A DNA stretch of 63,818 nucleotides, filler included, from Guillardia theta CCMP2712 (GCF_000315625.1; 6 parts of 6 records of this genome joined end to end with filler, not necessarily neighbours in it), one strand, 5' to 3'. Positions 1 to 14,057 are shown, counted from the whole stretch's first letter. The notes: a model not told the origin generated them from the letters alone. Numbers and translations: made by a program.

Positions 1-689
1 AGAATCACGTCCATGCTGGTAGACTTGATGATAGTGAGGGAGAGAAAGGGAGGACATGAAGGTGAGGAGGAGAGGTGGGAGGGAAGGGGAGAAGGTTGAA
101 GTTGGGGAGGAGAGGAAGGTACACAGTAAGGGAGGAGAGGGGAGCGGAGGAGAGGAGAGGAGAGGAGAGGAGAGCTACCTGTTTGGGGGAGGATGGCATA
201 GTAGATCCGGGAGGAAGGAGTCTGCGAGTGGAGGAAGAGGAGGAGAGAACCACTCGCTTCCTCGTGCTCAGCTACCGCGAGCTCATTTGGGGAGCGGTAA
301 GTTCCAGAGGAGACGTCCCGACGAGCCTGAGGGAAGAAGTTGAGAAGAGGAGGAACGAAAAGGGCAGGGGGAGGAGAGGTTCATAGTAAGGGAGGAAAGA
401 ACAAAGGGAAGGCAACTCAGATGTAAGAATGTGTTGGACTAAGTAGGCAGGTGTTGAGAGGGAGAGGAGGCTGTAGAGAGGAAGAGGAAGAGTTGGAAGG
501 GCGGAGCAAGGTGGTGGAGGATAGTGAGTAGGAAGGTGAGAAAAGGAGTTGATGAAAGGGGACAAAAGGCGATCTTGGAGGAGGAGGAGGAGGAGGAGGA
601 GGAGGAGGTGGTGGTGGTGGTGGTGGTGGTGGAGGAGGACGACGAGGGGGAGGAGGGGGAGAGGAGGAGGAGGAGGAGGAGGAGGTGGC

Positions 690-1083
690 GGTGGAGTCCT
701 GCCTGCTATGCGGCCTTCTCGTCAGGAGCACTGAAGGTGACGCGCTTTGCGCTCTTCTCAAAGACGACATCCTGGAGCTGCGCGTTCAAGGATAAGAACC
801 TTGACGTCTTCTCCCTCATCTTCGCGTCCAACAGCCTCTGCGCCTCTTCCTTCGCCATCCTCGCCGTGCTCAGCTTCTCCTCCGCTGCCGCAAGTTCCTT
901 CTGGTAGAATGCCAGCCTCCTGTCGAGGTCCTCGGAGAGCGATCTGACAGGGCCGAAGAACATTAGGGGAGTCGATGTGAAGGTGAGAGGACAAGGGAAG
1001 GCAAGGAAAAGTGTCTGTTGTGGAGAAGACATCTAGCAGCAAGAGCAGGAGCAAGAGCAGGAGCTGGAGCAGGAGCAGGAGCT

Positions 1084-1136
<53 letters not shown>

Positions 1137-1410
1137 TAGGACGAATACATAGGAGGTTCAAACCTTAATCGCATCTTCTCCTTCTGACGGTCGAGCACGA
1201 GGCTGAAGTCCTCGAGACCAGCAGAGGCAACGGAGTCCTCCGTCATCCTGTCAGCGAGAATGTCTGCTGAGACCTTCTCCTTCTCCTTCCTTGTAAGCAG
1301 CAGACGGTCTCTCACTGTGCTCGTCTGTGAAATCATCATCATGATCCTTCTCCTCATCGTTATCGTTGTCATCATCATCGTCGTCATCATCATCATCATC
1401 ATCATCATCG

Positions 1411-1448
<38 letters not shown>

Positions 1449-1473
1449 GTCATCGTCGTCATCATCATCATCA

Positions 1474-1529
<56 letters not shown>

Positions 1530-3251
1530 CTTATCATCATCATCATCAGCAGCAGCAGCAGCACCACCACCACCACCACCATCACCACCATCGTTGTGCC
1601 ATGTTTTTTCACCTCACTTCTTGCCCTCCGGTACTCTTCATTGCAATCGTTGGCCCTTGACATCAAGGGATGCCAGGTCAAACTCCCGCTCTTCTCCACT
1701 CCTTCTGCTCTCTTCCTCCTCCCCTCCTCCTCCTCCTCCTCAACAGCCTTCTTCTCCTCCTCGCTCAGGATCTTGGATAGCCCGAGCGGCAGCTCCTTCA
1801 ACCCGTAGCCCTTGTGCATCACGTTGTCAAGAGTCCTGCAGACTGACAAACCTGTTACTCCATGACAACTTGACGGCGGATCATAATCCCTTCCATAATC
1901 TCCTCCCCTCTCCTCTCCTCTCCTCTCCTCTCCTCTCCTTCCCACTCCTCCCCTCGTCATCTTCCTTCTTTCCTCTCATCTCATCTCCCCTTCCATTTCT
2001 CCCTCCCACCCCCGGCGCGAGCTCTTTATCGATGCTCCCCCATCCCTAGCAACATCTCCTCCTGCCCTCCTCTGCCACCTTTGCCCAGGGACACGAGCGC
2101 GAGCTCCTGCAGCCACTCCCTCGTTGTCATCGCCCCGTTCATCACCAGCATGTCTGCCAGCCTCCAGTCGCCATCTTCACCTCCATCATGGACAGGACAA
2201 GGCAACTTGATCAAGCCCTTACCTACTAAGGCTTGTTCCAGCTGCTTCCTGTCCCTCGCCACATCAGACGCGTTCAGCATCTACCCCCTCGTCACAAGAC
2301 GCAGCCTGTCACTTCACAGACCTTGCTTGTCCCGGACATGCCTGTCTTCAACTCTTGCAACTGACCTTCGTTCAACAATGCCCTCGTCTCCTGCCCCACA
2401 CCGTGCTTCACTGCTCGTCCACGAACAAACACAAGCACAAGGCTCCTCTCAGTTCAACTCACATCTTGTGACAAGAGTGTAAACTCTACCCGGCAGCTCG
2501 CAGACGCCACCATCAGCTTGCATGGAACATCGCACATGCGCAAGTACAAGGTCCTGACGTGCTTGCTGTTGTGAAAGAAAGCAACTGACCGTGCATCAAG
2601 GTCGACCCGCATCATCACGACATCGTCGGCAAGGAAGGAGGAGCCGTGAGGGAACGTCACCTCGTCCCCTTTCGTTCCCATCGCTCCTGCCGACATGAGG
2701 TTCTTGGAGGAAGAGAGCGACGCCGGTTTCATCACGATCCTCCCGGGAGACCCCCGCACGCTATTCATGATCGCGACCAACCATGACGAAGGGTCTTCCG
2801 TCATGGCCGTGACGTCCTGCCCGACAAGCTTCTCGTTGCACATCCCCACCATCCATCCTCCCCCCACATCCCCTGCCCCACATGTGAGCACCCGCTGCCC
2901 GGCAACTCGCACCGCAAGGAAATGCACTCCCCACACCAACGATTCCTCTGTCCCGACGCTTTTCCATCTTCCTACATGCTTCTCCTTCAGTCGCACTTTT
3001 GATCCATGCTGGAGCTGCATAAAGGGGCATGCGTCACCCTTGACTTCCCATCGAATGCTGCGCTGCCGTCGTTGACTGTTCTCCTCCTCCTCGTGGTCCT
3101 GAGAGACAAGGGCGTCCTCATCATCAGAGCCATCCACGTCTTCTATGTCGAACTTAGCTTCCTCTCCCTCTTCTCCCTCCTCTCCCTCCTCTCCCTCCTC
3201 TCCCTCTTCTCCTCTGAGTTTCATGGCTTCGCTCTCCACGCCATGTTCCAT
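690..3251 (-). CDS. Multi-exon gene: SPRY/B30.2-like domain followed by coiled-coil exons; 3' end uncertain
   Basis: ORF 2454-3251 has SPRY-like segments (GVHFLAVRV...WMVGMC...DDVVMMRVDLDARSVAFFHN). Further coding-looking pieces at ~2065-2280, ~1615-1840, ~1150-1325 and ~700-945 are separated by microsatellite-filled introns. Confidence 0.55.
1333..1592. repeat. Intronic (ATC/GTC)n, (AGC)n and (ACC)n microsatellite block
   Basis: Directly visible trinucleotide runs. Confidence 0.95.
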
Positions 3252-3934
3252 GTCGATCCCGACAGTTGAGTTGTGCAGCCCGGCCGGGCTCGGACTCCCG
3301 GCGGGGGCCGGGCCCGGGCGGCGCCGGACCCGGGGCCCTCCGGGTGACGGTCAGTGTCACAGACTGAGTCTCCGTACGGTACCATGCGCCGGGGGNNNNN
3401 NNNNNNNNNNNNNNNNNNNNNNNNNNNNNNNNNNNNNNNNNNNNNNNNNNNNNNNNNNNNNNNNNNNNNNNNNNNNNNNNNNNNNNNNNNNNNNNTATCA
3501 ACATTCAACCCTCATTCTCTGCCTATCAAGTACGGGTACTTTCATACCACCCAACTGTTGTATAGCAGAAAGGGGGTAGACAGTGGCATCTTCGTGCCTA
3601 CCCTTTATTATAACAACATTTTCCGTGGTACATACCAGGGGGTACTATACCCCCACCCCTTTCTGGAAGTCACCAGGATGGTGAGTAGTGACCCCTACCC
3701 CTCAATTGCCTGTCAATTCGGGGTCTATGGGTGGGGTTAGTTTTGCGGGCGTGGTCATGGTGGGGTGGCTCTTCGAAGAAGGAGGAGCGGCGACAATGGC
3801 TGAGGCGTCAGAGTGAGCAGAACCTGCTGGTCCTCTCCGCCTCCTCCTTGCAGCTCTCCCCGTGCTGTGGTGCCTTCCTCCGCTCTCGCTGGGCCTGTTG
3901 CGAGGCTGCGCTGCAGGTGTGAACCATTAGAGCG

Positions 3935-5217
3935 ATGACGAGGTTTCAGCGGGAGGGTTTGCTGGTGTTGTCAGCGGTTCTCCTTGTGCTTGCTTCAAGC
4001 TTGTACTGGAAGAAACCTGCTGCCTCCATCTTGTTGCAGGAGAACGGGGATGTGGATTCATCAGAGCTGAAGGAGCTCGAAGCGCAGCGTCGTGACATCA
4101 AGTCGAAGATCCGGCAAGAAGAACATGGAGGCTCGGAGCAGGGACAGTCTCAGTTGAAGAGCGATCCCATACAGAAATGCGGCAAGCTGTGTCGAACAAG
4201 GCAGATGATTCTGAGCGCTCGTAAAGGTGAGTGACGGCATTCCCCCGCCTTGTTTAGTCTGACGGATGTGCAAGCCATCGACCAGCAGGCGGAGGTTGAG
4301 CTGCGGCAGCTCAGCTGCAACTGCCACTCTCATGCAGCACTGCATCATCCTCACTGCAGCTCCAAATGTGCGACGGTCTCTCGGCCCGTCGTGGCGCAAG
4401 CATGGACGCCTGGAATGGTCGTCGGGGCGAGTTTCCCGCAGCAGCACTATCGCACAATCTCGAACGGGCAGGGCGCAGGAAATCCGACGACGGTGGTCAC
4501 TCCCACACAGACGGTGATACAGCCGATGCAGCCGATCGTGAGGACGTCTGAGATCTACCCCGTGCACAGGGAGGTCGTGCACCCGACCGTGACCCAGATC
4601 ATTGTCGAGCCCCCTCAGGTGCAAACCTACATCCACCAGCCGCCGGGCATCCGGAGGGACATCCACCTGAAACCACGGGTCGAGACCATCATCCATCCTG
4701 CGAGGATCTACAGGCAGCACGTCTCTCCCATCATCGAGCAGTACGTCCAACCCCACCTCTACGTCAACGTCACTGGAACCGCCAGTCACTCCAGCCAGGC
4801 CGCCGCCGGCCCTCCGGGAGCTCCAGGAGAGAACGGGTGGGACGGGCTCCCTGGTCCCCCTGGCCCACCTGGTACGGATGGGGAGCCAGGGGTAGCAGGA
4901 CCGCCTGGAGAGAAGGGAGAAGCCGGAGAAGCCGGTCCTCAGGGTCCGCAGGGCCCTGTGGGGCCCATGGGCCCCATGGGCCCGATAGGACCGCAGGGGT
5001 TCCAGGGGTTTCCGGGGATGCCGGCCCGGCCTAGAGGGCCTCCGGTGATCGTGAAGTTGCCGGCCCACATGCAGATGGAGGTCTCAGTTCAGATGCCGGA
5101 GCAGCAGGCTCAGGCTCCTCCTGCTCCTCAGGCTCCGTCCTGCGACTGCGGGTGCGGTGAGGCAGAGCCGTGCAGCCAGGGGATCATCAACTTGAAGCAG
5201 AAATGTGACTGCAAGGG

Positions 5218-5253
<36 letters not shown>

Positions 5254-6844
5254 CCAGAAGTTCGTGTCTGTCCAGGACCTTAAGGAAGCGGTGCACCAGA
5301 TCGTTGAGGAGGAGCAGCAGCTTGCAGGAGCGTCCGCCGCTCCCAAGGCGGTGAAAACCATGAAGCGCTACCCTTCCTGCAGCGACAACCCGACATGGCG
5401 AGGGCCCTACGGAGACTCTTGCGAGGCGTACAGGGTCGGGGGGGACAGGAACTTCTGGTGCGAGTGGGATGGGGCTGCCAACTTTGACGCATGCCCACAC
5501 TCGTGCCAGACTTGCGGGAGTGAAGGGGAGGACTTCAAGTCTCAGGCCCACGGGGGACTCAAGGTGGGAGAGAAGAAGCAGATGCTTGCTCAGGAGTCTC
5601 CCAACAGCCCGATGGAGAGGAGGGTGTCGAGGAAACAGCTGGCGAAGAACGTCGCGCTGCTGAAGCAGAGGCTTATCAACATTGCCAAGGCTACCGGGTA
5701 CGAGCTGGAGCAGAAAGAGAGGGAAGGGAAAAAGAACGGCTCGTCCTTCAGCTCCTCCAGAGCGTCCCGGGACATGCACAGGTTCTACTCAAGGACTTCG
5801 AGGTCACGCAAGGGGGAGGGCTCAAGGACCATGTCCGGGCAGGAGGCGAGCAGGGACATATCCAGCTGGTTCAACAAGCTCGAGAAGAAGTCCGGCATCC
5901 CTGACCTCTGAGATGTGACGGCTGATTTGTTGGCAGGGAGTCGTCAAACTCGCAGCTGGTGGCCAAGAGTCGGACGTTCTCCACCCCGACCGAGGAGAAG
6001 GAGGAGGAGAAGCAGCGAGAGCGGGACAGGAAGGAGGACTCAAAGCTCAACGACCGCACCAGGAAGTACATCGCCAACCTGCAGAAGGCGTACGGGGCCC
6101 CAGCAGCGGACGAGGTGAGTCCTGTCATGCCCTGCTGGGCTGCTGGTGGCTGACTTGCTGGCAGGTGAGGCGGGCTGTGAGGAGCGGGCAGAAGGCTCTC
6201 AGCTCGAGGAGATACGGGAGGGAGTCGGGCCGTCCAGCTAGCCAGCAGCTGAAGAAGTTAACGGGCGCAGAGGCTTCTCAGGAGATGTCAAACTACTGGA
6301 AGAACCTCCCGGTCGAAGCCGTTCACATCCAACCCGTCGCAGCTGGAGGAGCAGGAGGGGCGTCTCCTCCGGCTCAGGCGAACCAGCGGCAGCATGAGCA
6401 GGCGAAGGCTGGTCCTCCTCCTAGCCAGTCTCACCCCCAGCTCAAGGTGCAGAAAGAAAATCCCCCGAGCATCGCGCTGGAGCATGACGTGGGGCTGCCT
6501 CCTGGGTGGCACAAGGGATACGATTCTCTGCATCGGTGAGGGAGGAAATGAGGGAGGGGGAGGGGAGGCAGAGAGGAGCAAGGAGGATGTCTTGAAGAAG
6601 AAGTGAAGGAGGTTGAGGAAGTGCAAGGTAGAAAGGGAATAGAAGTGAAGGAGGGGGGAGGGGGGAGGAACAAGGTTCGCAAGCGCTGGAGATGATTGGG
6701 GAAAGTGCATGGTCATTTGCATATCTTACCAGTATCGGCAGGGTCTACTACTACAACTCGTACCTCGGCGAGTCCTCCTGGACACCTCCGCCAGGGTCGA
6801 AGATCATCAGGTGGAGCGACTGCGCGCAAACTTCAATCAGCTGA
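3935..6844 (+). CDS. Signal-anchored protein with V/I/P/Q/H-rich repeat region, collagen triple-helix segment, ShKT-like 6-Cys domain and C-terminal WW domain (multi-exon)
   Basis: Hydrophobic N-terminus [16 protein letters not shown]; 24 Gly-X-Y triplets at 4808-5023; C...C...C...CPHSCQTC at 5378-5515. Splicing out 6536-6741 joins [14 protein letters not shown] to [16 protein letters not shown] (WW). Confidence 0.75.
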
Positions 6845-7344
6845 GGATGAGCAGGGAGAGTAGCAGGGGAAGGACCGGGCCGGCGGCGGAAGAAAAGCCG
6901 AAGGAGGAGAGGAGGAAAGGCAAGTCGTGAAGGGTGGGAGACACATGGGCGTTGACTTTCTTGGTTCAGCAACTTCTGCTGTGAGCTCGTCAGACAAGGC
7001 GGCAAAGCCCGAGAGAGAGAAACGTCAAAATGGCGACTACACAGCAAGGGAAGCGAGGTAGAAGTTTTTCTCCTTCTCCTCCTCCTCTTTGTCCTCCTCC
7101 CCCACCTATCCCTGCTCTGCTCCTCCNNNNNNNNNNNNNNNNNNNNNNNNNNNNNNNNNNNNNNNNNNNNNNNNNNNNNNNNNNNNNNNNNNNNNNNNNN
7201 NNNNNNNNNNNNNNNNNNNNNNNNNNAGGGAGGAGGGAGAGTGGAGGGAGGGAGGGAGGGAGAGCGGTCGGAAGGAAGGAGAGCGAACATGAGAGGAGGA
7301 GGGAGGGAGGGACAGAGAGAGGGCGTTGACGTGTGACTGGCAGG

Positions 7345-9690
7345 AGCAAGGCTTACATCCGCCTCGAGGCGGGTTGGGGTGCAGCCGAGGGGGAGGGTGC
7401 GCTGCCCTCTCCTCGTTGTCGACCTGCTGGAGCAGCAGAACCTCGCGCGGTTCTTCCTGGAGTGGCGACTGAACTCCCTCAAGGAGAAATCCACGACTCT
7501 AGCTCTGTGGGCTGTCGATCAGGTGGGTAGAGGAGGAGACAGGCAGGGGGGACTGAGGGCTGCCCAGGGAAACCGCAAGGCCTACGAGGTTGAGCGCTCG
7601 CTCCTGGCGGAGAACTCGTGGGCTACAAAGAGTGTCATATGGGAGGGATACCAGTACGTCCTCGTCCTCCTCTTGCTCCTCCTCCTGCTCCCCTCTTGCT
7701 CCTCCTCCTGCTCTTCCTCCTGATCGTCCTCCTCCCCCTCATGCCCTCCCCTCCTCAACCTGGTTTTAACGTCCCCTTTCCCTTGCCGCCCGACTATTCC
7801 AGCCTTCGCATGCCAACTACCTGATTGCTGTCTGCGCTACCTGCCCCCTCCTCCTTGCAGAAAACTTCTCGTAACACGCCTCACCAGCGCAAGCCCGCTA
7901 CTCGGGGTCACTCAGTCCACTTGGTTCTGGGCGCAAAGCTCTGAGGAGAACGGGAAAGGTCGAGCGGCCATGATGGAGGCTTTGCTTGCTGCCGGGAAGA
8001 AGATCGAATTTCTGAACTTCCAGCTGGAGTCTGCGGTGGGACTTTGGCCTGTCGCCCCTTCCTCGCCCTTACCTCGCACACCCTCCCTGCATTCCCTCCT
8101 CTCTCCTTCTTCCGGCATGTCCTCGTCCTCGTCCTGGTCTTGCCTCCCTCCTTCCTTAACTGTCAGCTTCCCCTTCAGCCTACTGCCCTCTATCCCCTCC
8201 CTCTTCCTCTGACGACTTTCCTCCATCAGCGCCACCAGCTCATCGAGTGGCAAGGTCTCGCCGACTTCCACAACGTGGACGGCTCCTGGATCTCGCTGAA
8301 GCTGCGCGAGGTGGAGAGAGAGCTCAAGGTGGCGAGGCTGCTGGAGGACATGAGGGCTGCCGGGAGCATGGTCAAGACCAGCGACTCCTTCCAGTCCGCA
8401 GTGGAGCAGGTGGAGGGAGAGGTCAGAGTGAACCCGAAGCTGCTGGAGGAGTGGATCAAGAGGTAGAGGGCCTCATACTTCTGCCTCCTCTGCTCGCCCC
8501 TGCTTCTTCTCTCGCTCCCTCTCCCTCTTCTCCTTCCTACTGTCCTCTCCTGTTCCCTTCCCTCTCCATCATTGTGCTGTCCCCGTCACCTCCTCCCTCT
8601 CCTGCTCCCCTCCTCCCTCTCTCCTGTCCCCGTATCCTCATCCTGACAGAGACTTCAGCGCTGAGGGGAACAGGGAGAGGTTCAAGACGAGTGGCTTGTG
8701 GTCCATCCTCACCGATCCCTCCTCCTCCTCTCTCGAGTCTCAGCTGCACGACTACTTGGCCTGCCTGCACCCGCACGACGAGCATGCAAGGCCCCAGAGG
8801 AGCATGCTCGATGCCAACGAGGAGCAGAAGCAGAAGTTCCTGGATGTGTGCGCATCGTTAGGTAGGAGGAGGAGGAGGAACGAGCAGGAGCAGGAGCAGG
8901 AGGAAAGGGTGCCAAAGATGAGGAGGAAGGGAGAAACGAGGAGGAGGAAGGAGGAAGCGTGGCAAGAGGGAGGATGTAGTTGCCCCTAAGTCCTTCTCGT
9001 CAGGTGTTGACCAAGACCGGCTCAAAGATTTTGTCTGCCAGCTCGAAATTCTCCTCCTCCAGTCCTTCTGCGACCTGGAGCTCAGCGCGAAGGCGCAGGA
9101 GGAGGCCAAGAAGGAGCTCTATGCCATCCGCGCCGAGCTGCAGTCGCTTCCTACCCCCCGCCGCGATCCTCCTGAGCCAGCTCCGTCGTCTTCGACCTCC
9201 CTGGTTCCTGTGAAGCAGCAGGAGCAGGAGACGGCGAGGCTCGACCTCTGGTGTGCCGAGCTCGCTGCCCTCCCCCTCGTCGACTCCTCGTCTGAGGGAG
9301 GAGAAGAGGCGTGCGCAAGCCCGATCCATGCTGGTCCTCGCCACCTGACCCAGGGGGAAGAGGAGGACGTCGGCGGGGAGAAGCCAGGGAGGAGGGGAGG
9401 GGAGGAGAAGGAGGAGGTCGAAGCCCTTAAGGCTGAGATCCTCCGGCTCCGAGAGCAGTTGACGCACTGCCAGGTGCAGCTGCAGGTGAACACGTGGGCA
9501 CTTCCTACCCTCCCTTTCCCTTCTCCCACTGCCCTTCTCTCTCCTCCCTCCTCCCGCAGCTCTTCCCTCCCTCCCTCTCACCCTTCCCTTTCCTTCTCTC
9601 CCTCCGTCAACCTTATCTTTCTCCTCATCGCTGACGTTTGCTCGCAGAACGCGATTAACAAACCTGACCTTCTCGAATGGATTATGTGAC
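7345..9690 (+). CDS. Multi-exon hypothetical protein with coiled-coil C-terminus; 5' end lost in gap
   Basis: Coding-like segments with GT/AG boundaries between low-complexity introns, e.g. LIEWQGLADFHNVDGSWISLKLREVERELK and EVEALKAEILRLREQL. Confidence 0.45.
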
Positions 9691-10005
9691 CTGAACCCTT
9701 TCCTTTGGAATTCTTTCCTTCTCCTCCTCACCCTCACCCCCCTCCTTTCTTTCCACTTTTCTCGCTTCCTCCCCCTTTCTCCTTTCTCCTCCCCACTCCC
9801 CGCTCCCTTGTTCCTCCTCTGAATCCCTTGTCTCTTGTCTTCTTTCGGTCTCCTGCTCATTGTCTGCTGACGAGATTTTTTTGGGTTGTGATCCTTCTCA
9901 AAGAATTACACTCTTAAGCTACAAAACAATACGAGCTGCCTCCCCCTCCCCCCCCTTCCCTATCTTCACCCCATACCACGAGTCCTTCACCTCTCCTCCT
10001 CCTCC

Positions 10006-10398
10006 TCATTTCTCTGCTTTGGAATTCACAAACGCCATCCTGGCCTGATTGGCGCACCGCTCGAACGAGGCGACCTGAAACGTCATGAGACGGGAAGAGC
10101 ACCAAGGAGAGGAGAGGAGCAGAGGGAGCAGAAGAACAAGTTGGGAGAGCGGGAAAGGGAAAGAGCTCGGGGGGCATGAAGGACTAGACGAGTGGAGGAG
10201 CATGAGGACAGTGAGGAGAGAAGTGAAGGAGAAGAGGAAGCAGAGGAGTGGAGGATGTGCTGTTACCATTTGGGCGCATGCTAGAGGATTTTCAGCGTTG
10301 CTCTTGTAACATTGCATAACCGCCTGCTCCCACATAAGGCGCAGGTGGAGCATATGTGGCCCAGAGAAGATGAAAGGGGGAGCAGGACCCAGCACAGA

Positions 10399-10453
<55 letters not shown>

Positions 10454-11357
10454 CCCAGCACAGAAGCAGGAGCAGGAGCAGGAGCAGGGGCTGGAGGTGG
10501 AGGTGCTCAAAGTACCTCCCTCTCAAGCTGGCAGGTTGGCTCCTTGCTCGCGGGATGAAACGCACGGGCTTGCACGTCTTTGGTGTGCTTTTCCAATCGC
10601 TGGAGAGCTTCTTCTTCGGCAAGCTTGTACACACCTGGAGGCGTGTAAGGAGACGAAGGATCAGAAAGTTACAATCATCAAGAGTCAGAAGAGAAGAGAG
10701 AACTGGGAGGGGGGCAGAGACGCAGAGGCAGCGGGAGAAGAGGGGACCTGTCACTTGCTGCAGAATCTTCTCCTTCAACGCTTGCTTCTCGTCGTCGCGC
10801 TTGAGCGTGAGATTCTCGAGGTGCTCGACGTAGGCACGTTGCATGCGAAGTTCCCTGCGGAAGAGGAGGAGGAGGAGGAGGAGGAGGAGATGAAAAAAAT
10901 CAAAAGATTAGCCACCACAAGAGACTCTCTCGCTCATCCTCAGTCCCTTCCTACCCCACTCTTCCTCCGCGCTTCCTCTCCCTACCTCTGCTTCCACACG
11001 GCATCGCGCCGGAAGGTGCTGTCAAAGATCGACGTCGGGACCTGCTAGCTTGTCAGCATAGAGCCCATGGAACAACATCATGCTCACATCGGGAAAAACA
11101 GTGACATCTGTCAGCCTGTCTCGTCTCTGCCACTGGCGTCATCCCTACCGCCTCCCTTTCCCACTCCTTCCTCCTCCTCCTCCTCTAACCTTCTGCTTCT
11201 CAATCTCTCTCGTCTTCCCTCCAAGTCTCGACCACAATCTGTCCAGCTCGATCAACGCACAACCCCACAACCTACATTGCCATCGCCCACCTGTCGGAGA
11301 AGCGAACGCCAGGAGCAACCAATACTCCTCCGACCGACTCAGGCGAGTCGCTGACAT
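10006..11357 (-). CDS. CHCH-type protein resembling MICOS Mic19/CHCHD3 (multi-exon)
   Basis: Spliced C-terminus EQAVMQCYKSNAENPLACAQMVASFERCANQAR resembles the Cys pattern of the CHCHD3/Mic19 C-terminal domain, preceded by a coiled coil (KRDDEKQALKEKILQQ). Confidence 0.55.
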
Positions 11358-11427
11358 GCAAAGAGTCAGAGGGTTATGCGAGGAAAATGATTAGAGGCTC
11401 CGGAAAGACTATGAGAGGACGAGAGAG

Positions 11428-11523
11428 CACAGCACAGCACAGCACAGCACAGCACAGCACAGCACAGCACAGCACAGCACAGCACAGCACAGCACAGCAC
11501 AGCACAGCACAGCACAGCACAGC
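11428..11523. repeat. (CACAG)n pentanucleotide microsatellite
   Basis: About 19 perfect copies. Confidence 0.95.
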
Positions 11524-12309
11524 AGATGCTGTGTCATGATGAAGAGGGCGATAAGAGGATTAGTGGAAATGATCCTGGGGAGCGATACTCCCAGGACAGA
11601 CCTTGTGCTATCGTTGGATTCTAGTCCTACTTTTTGAGCCTGTCGCACCGTCAGGTAATCCCCTCAGCAGCAACAGCTCCACCAGTCTCTCACCTGCTTG
11701 ATCGCCTGGTCAAGATCCGCGGCTTGCGTCATCCTGACCCTGGCAACTCAGTCAGATCAGAGCAGCGGTGCTCCTGTGACCTCCAAGTCGACATCGTCTA
11801 CTGTGTAAAACCTAGCTCGCTCACAGAGATGTATGTTCACTTCTTCTCAACCAGCATGATCTCAGCCGTCATCCAACCTCTGCACTTGTCCCTTGGGATA
11901 CAGCAGATCAGAATTTCTGCCCGTCGCACACCATTGCTGTGCACGTATGATCATCCCATTCTCATCAGCTCTTTGTTGCTGGTGACCATCTTTGTCTTTC
12001 TTTCTGTGTGTTGCTCACGGCTCTCCTTCCCCTCACACCATGAAGCTGTACTTCAGACATCGTGACTCCCTAGTGCCCTCTTCCTTTCCTCCTTATCATG
12101 TCCTTCCCCGCAGTAAATCTCTGCCTCGTGATCTCATATCCTCTGGTTCACTCCGTCGAGATCTTGTTCTCAATTTCACTCCCTCCCTCTTCCTCCTCTT
12201 CCTCCTCTTCCTCTTCCTCCTCCTCCTCCTCCTCCTCGCCGCCACTGTCTTTGGACAGATAAATCGCTCACCTTTGCCCTGCAGGCCTTTGATGACTTCT
12301 GGAACAAAC

Positions 12310-13263
12310 TTCAAGGTCCCATTCCTGCCGTCAGCACAGGTGAGGAGAGTTGGAGGAATCAACTTCTGACCTGAGCGGCAGATGCTGATCGGAGGAACCG
12401 CCAAGCCTCTCAAGGTCTGCAGAGTCAGAGGAGGAGGGTGAGGTCGACTGACTTGCTTCATCCCTGCAGTGCATGCGGAGAAGAAGCGAGCAGTAGCAAC
12501 CGCAGCCCTGCATGCGAGCAGCAGCACCAGCCAACTGAAGCCGCTTGCTCCCGCCAGCACTACCGACCTCGCTATGATGACCACCAAGGGCTCAGCAGCT
12601 CCCAAGAGCGCCCCAGTCCCTCCCTCTCTAGAGCATGTATCCCTCCCTAACCTTCTGCGCTTCTGACTCCTCCGCTAGTTACAGGAGCAGGCAGACAAGG
12701 CGAGGGCGGTGGAGAGAGTAGCAGAGGTTCGCATGCAGGAGGAGGCTAAAGGGGTTTCCAAGGGCGACGAGGAGGCGACGAGGAGGACGAGGAGGATGGA
12801 CTTTGAGCGGGCGGCGTCGTCACGGGGAATGCCAAAGGCTGACCAAGGTGCCCCCTCAGCACCAGCTGAAGCACCAGGTCCAGTAGCTGCAAGAGCTCAA
12901 GCTCAAGCTCAAGCTCAAGCTCAAGCAGCTCCAGCACCTGCGACTTCCACCCGGAGCACTTTGACAGCGTCACCCGTTCAGCAGCAACCCAGCAAGATGC
13001 CAGCTGGACCTCAAAGCCGTGTGGCAGCGCCAGTAGTACAGGAGGCTCCGGCTCACGCCGTGGGGGGAGGGGGTACGGGGAGCGAGGGGAGGAGGACGGT
13101 GGGAAGAGAGGAGCATGCTGGGGTAGTAGCCAGGCAGGTGGGCGAGAGGGAGGAGAGGCAGAGGTCGCCGATGTTCGCTAGCGCGTACAACAGCTTCCTC
13201 GAGCAGGTAGATCAGCAGGCGGTGCAGCGGCTGGATGCTCCTGCATACCAACCTCGCACATAG
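12310..13263 (+). CDS. 3' exons of a low-complexity hypothetical protein
   Basis: ORF 12709-13263 (A/Q/P-rich) with short upstream exons bounded by AG/GT. Confidence 0.35.
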
Positions 13264-14057
13264 TTTCATTCACATTGAACAAACAAATTCACAAAGAACT
13301 TCTCCTTGGACCTGCTTCCCTCCTCCCCTCCTCCCCTCCTCCCAACAGTCCCTCTTGCATATCCTCTTGGACTCCTCCTATCCCGCCTGTCTCCTCCTCT
13401 ACTTCCGTCTCCTCCACTCCTAAGGTCTCCTCTTCTAGTGACGCGCTACAAGCCTCGGCTTGCTCATGGCGGCTGGGCTCAGCTGCGTGGTGTCTTCCCG
13501 TCCTCCCTTCCCATCAAGCAGCAGCTCTGCGCGTTGTCAACGCATTCATTCTCGCATGCCGCTCGTACCTCCCATCCCTCCTGCTCCTCCTGCTCCAAAA
13601 GCCTCGTCCTCCGCGGTTCTTCTCAACCTCGTCACAGGCTCCTCCTCCTCCTCCTCCTCCTCTTTACCTCCCCAGCGGCTCCACCTGCTTCCTCAGCCAC
13701 TGATTTTCACCTGCATCCCTCCACTCACTCTCCTTCGCATCCTCTCGTCCTCGGAACTCACAGCAGAGATCCGCGTTGGTCCGTCGTAGCTCGTAAAGCT
13801 CGCGTGCAAGATGCTCCGTGCTACCTCAGACCATGAGACCATGGGGACAAAGACGAGGGTGACAAGAAGCAGGAGGGGGCAAGGGAAGGAGGGCAGGCAG
13901 AGAGAGGAGGGAGGAAGGCAGAGGGGAACGAGGAGGAAGGGGAGGGAGGAGGGGAATGAAGACCTCTGCTGCAGCTCCTGCCGGGTGATGAGAGTTTCGG
14001 ACTTGAGGAGACTGTCGAGGAGACGGTGAGGAGGTGGGGAGCAGGTAGAGGCTCTAG

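Noticed and set aside
1136-2049. Long poly-M/I/S/D/H ORFs (also 18042-18646 and 33138-33626)
   Set aside because: They are translations of intronic or intergenic trinucleotide microsatellites.
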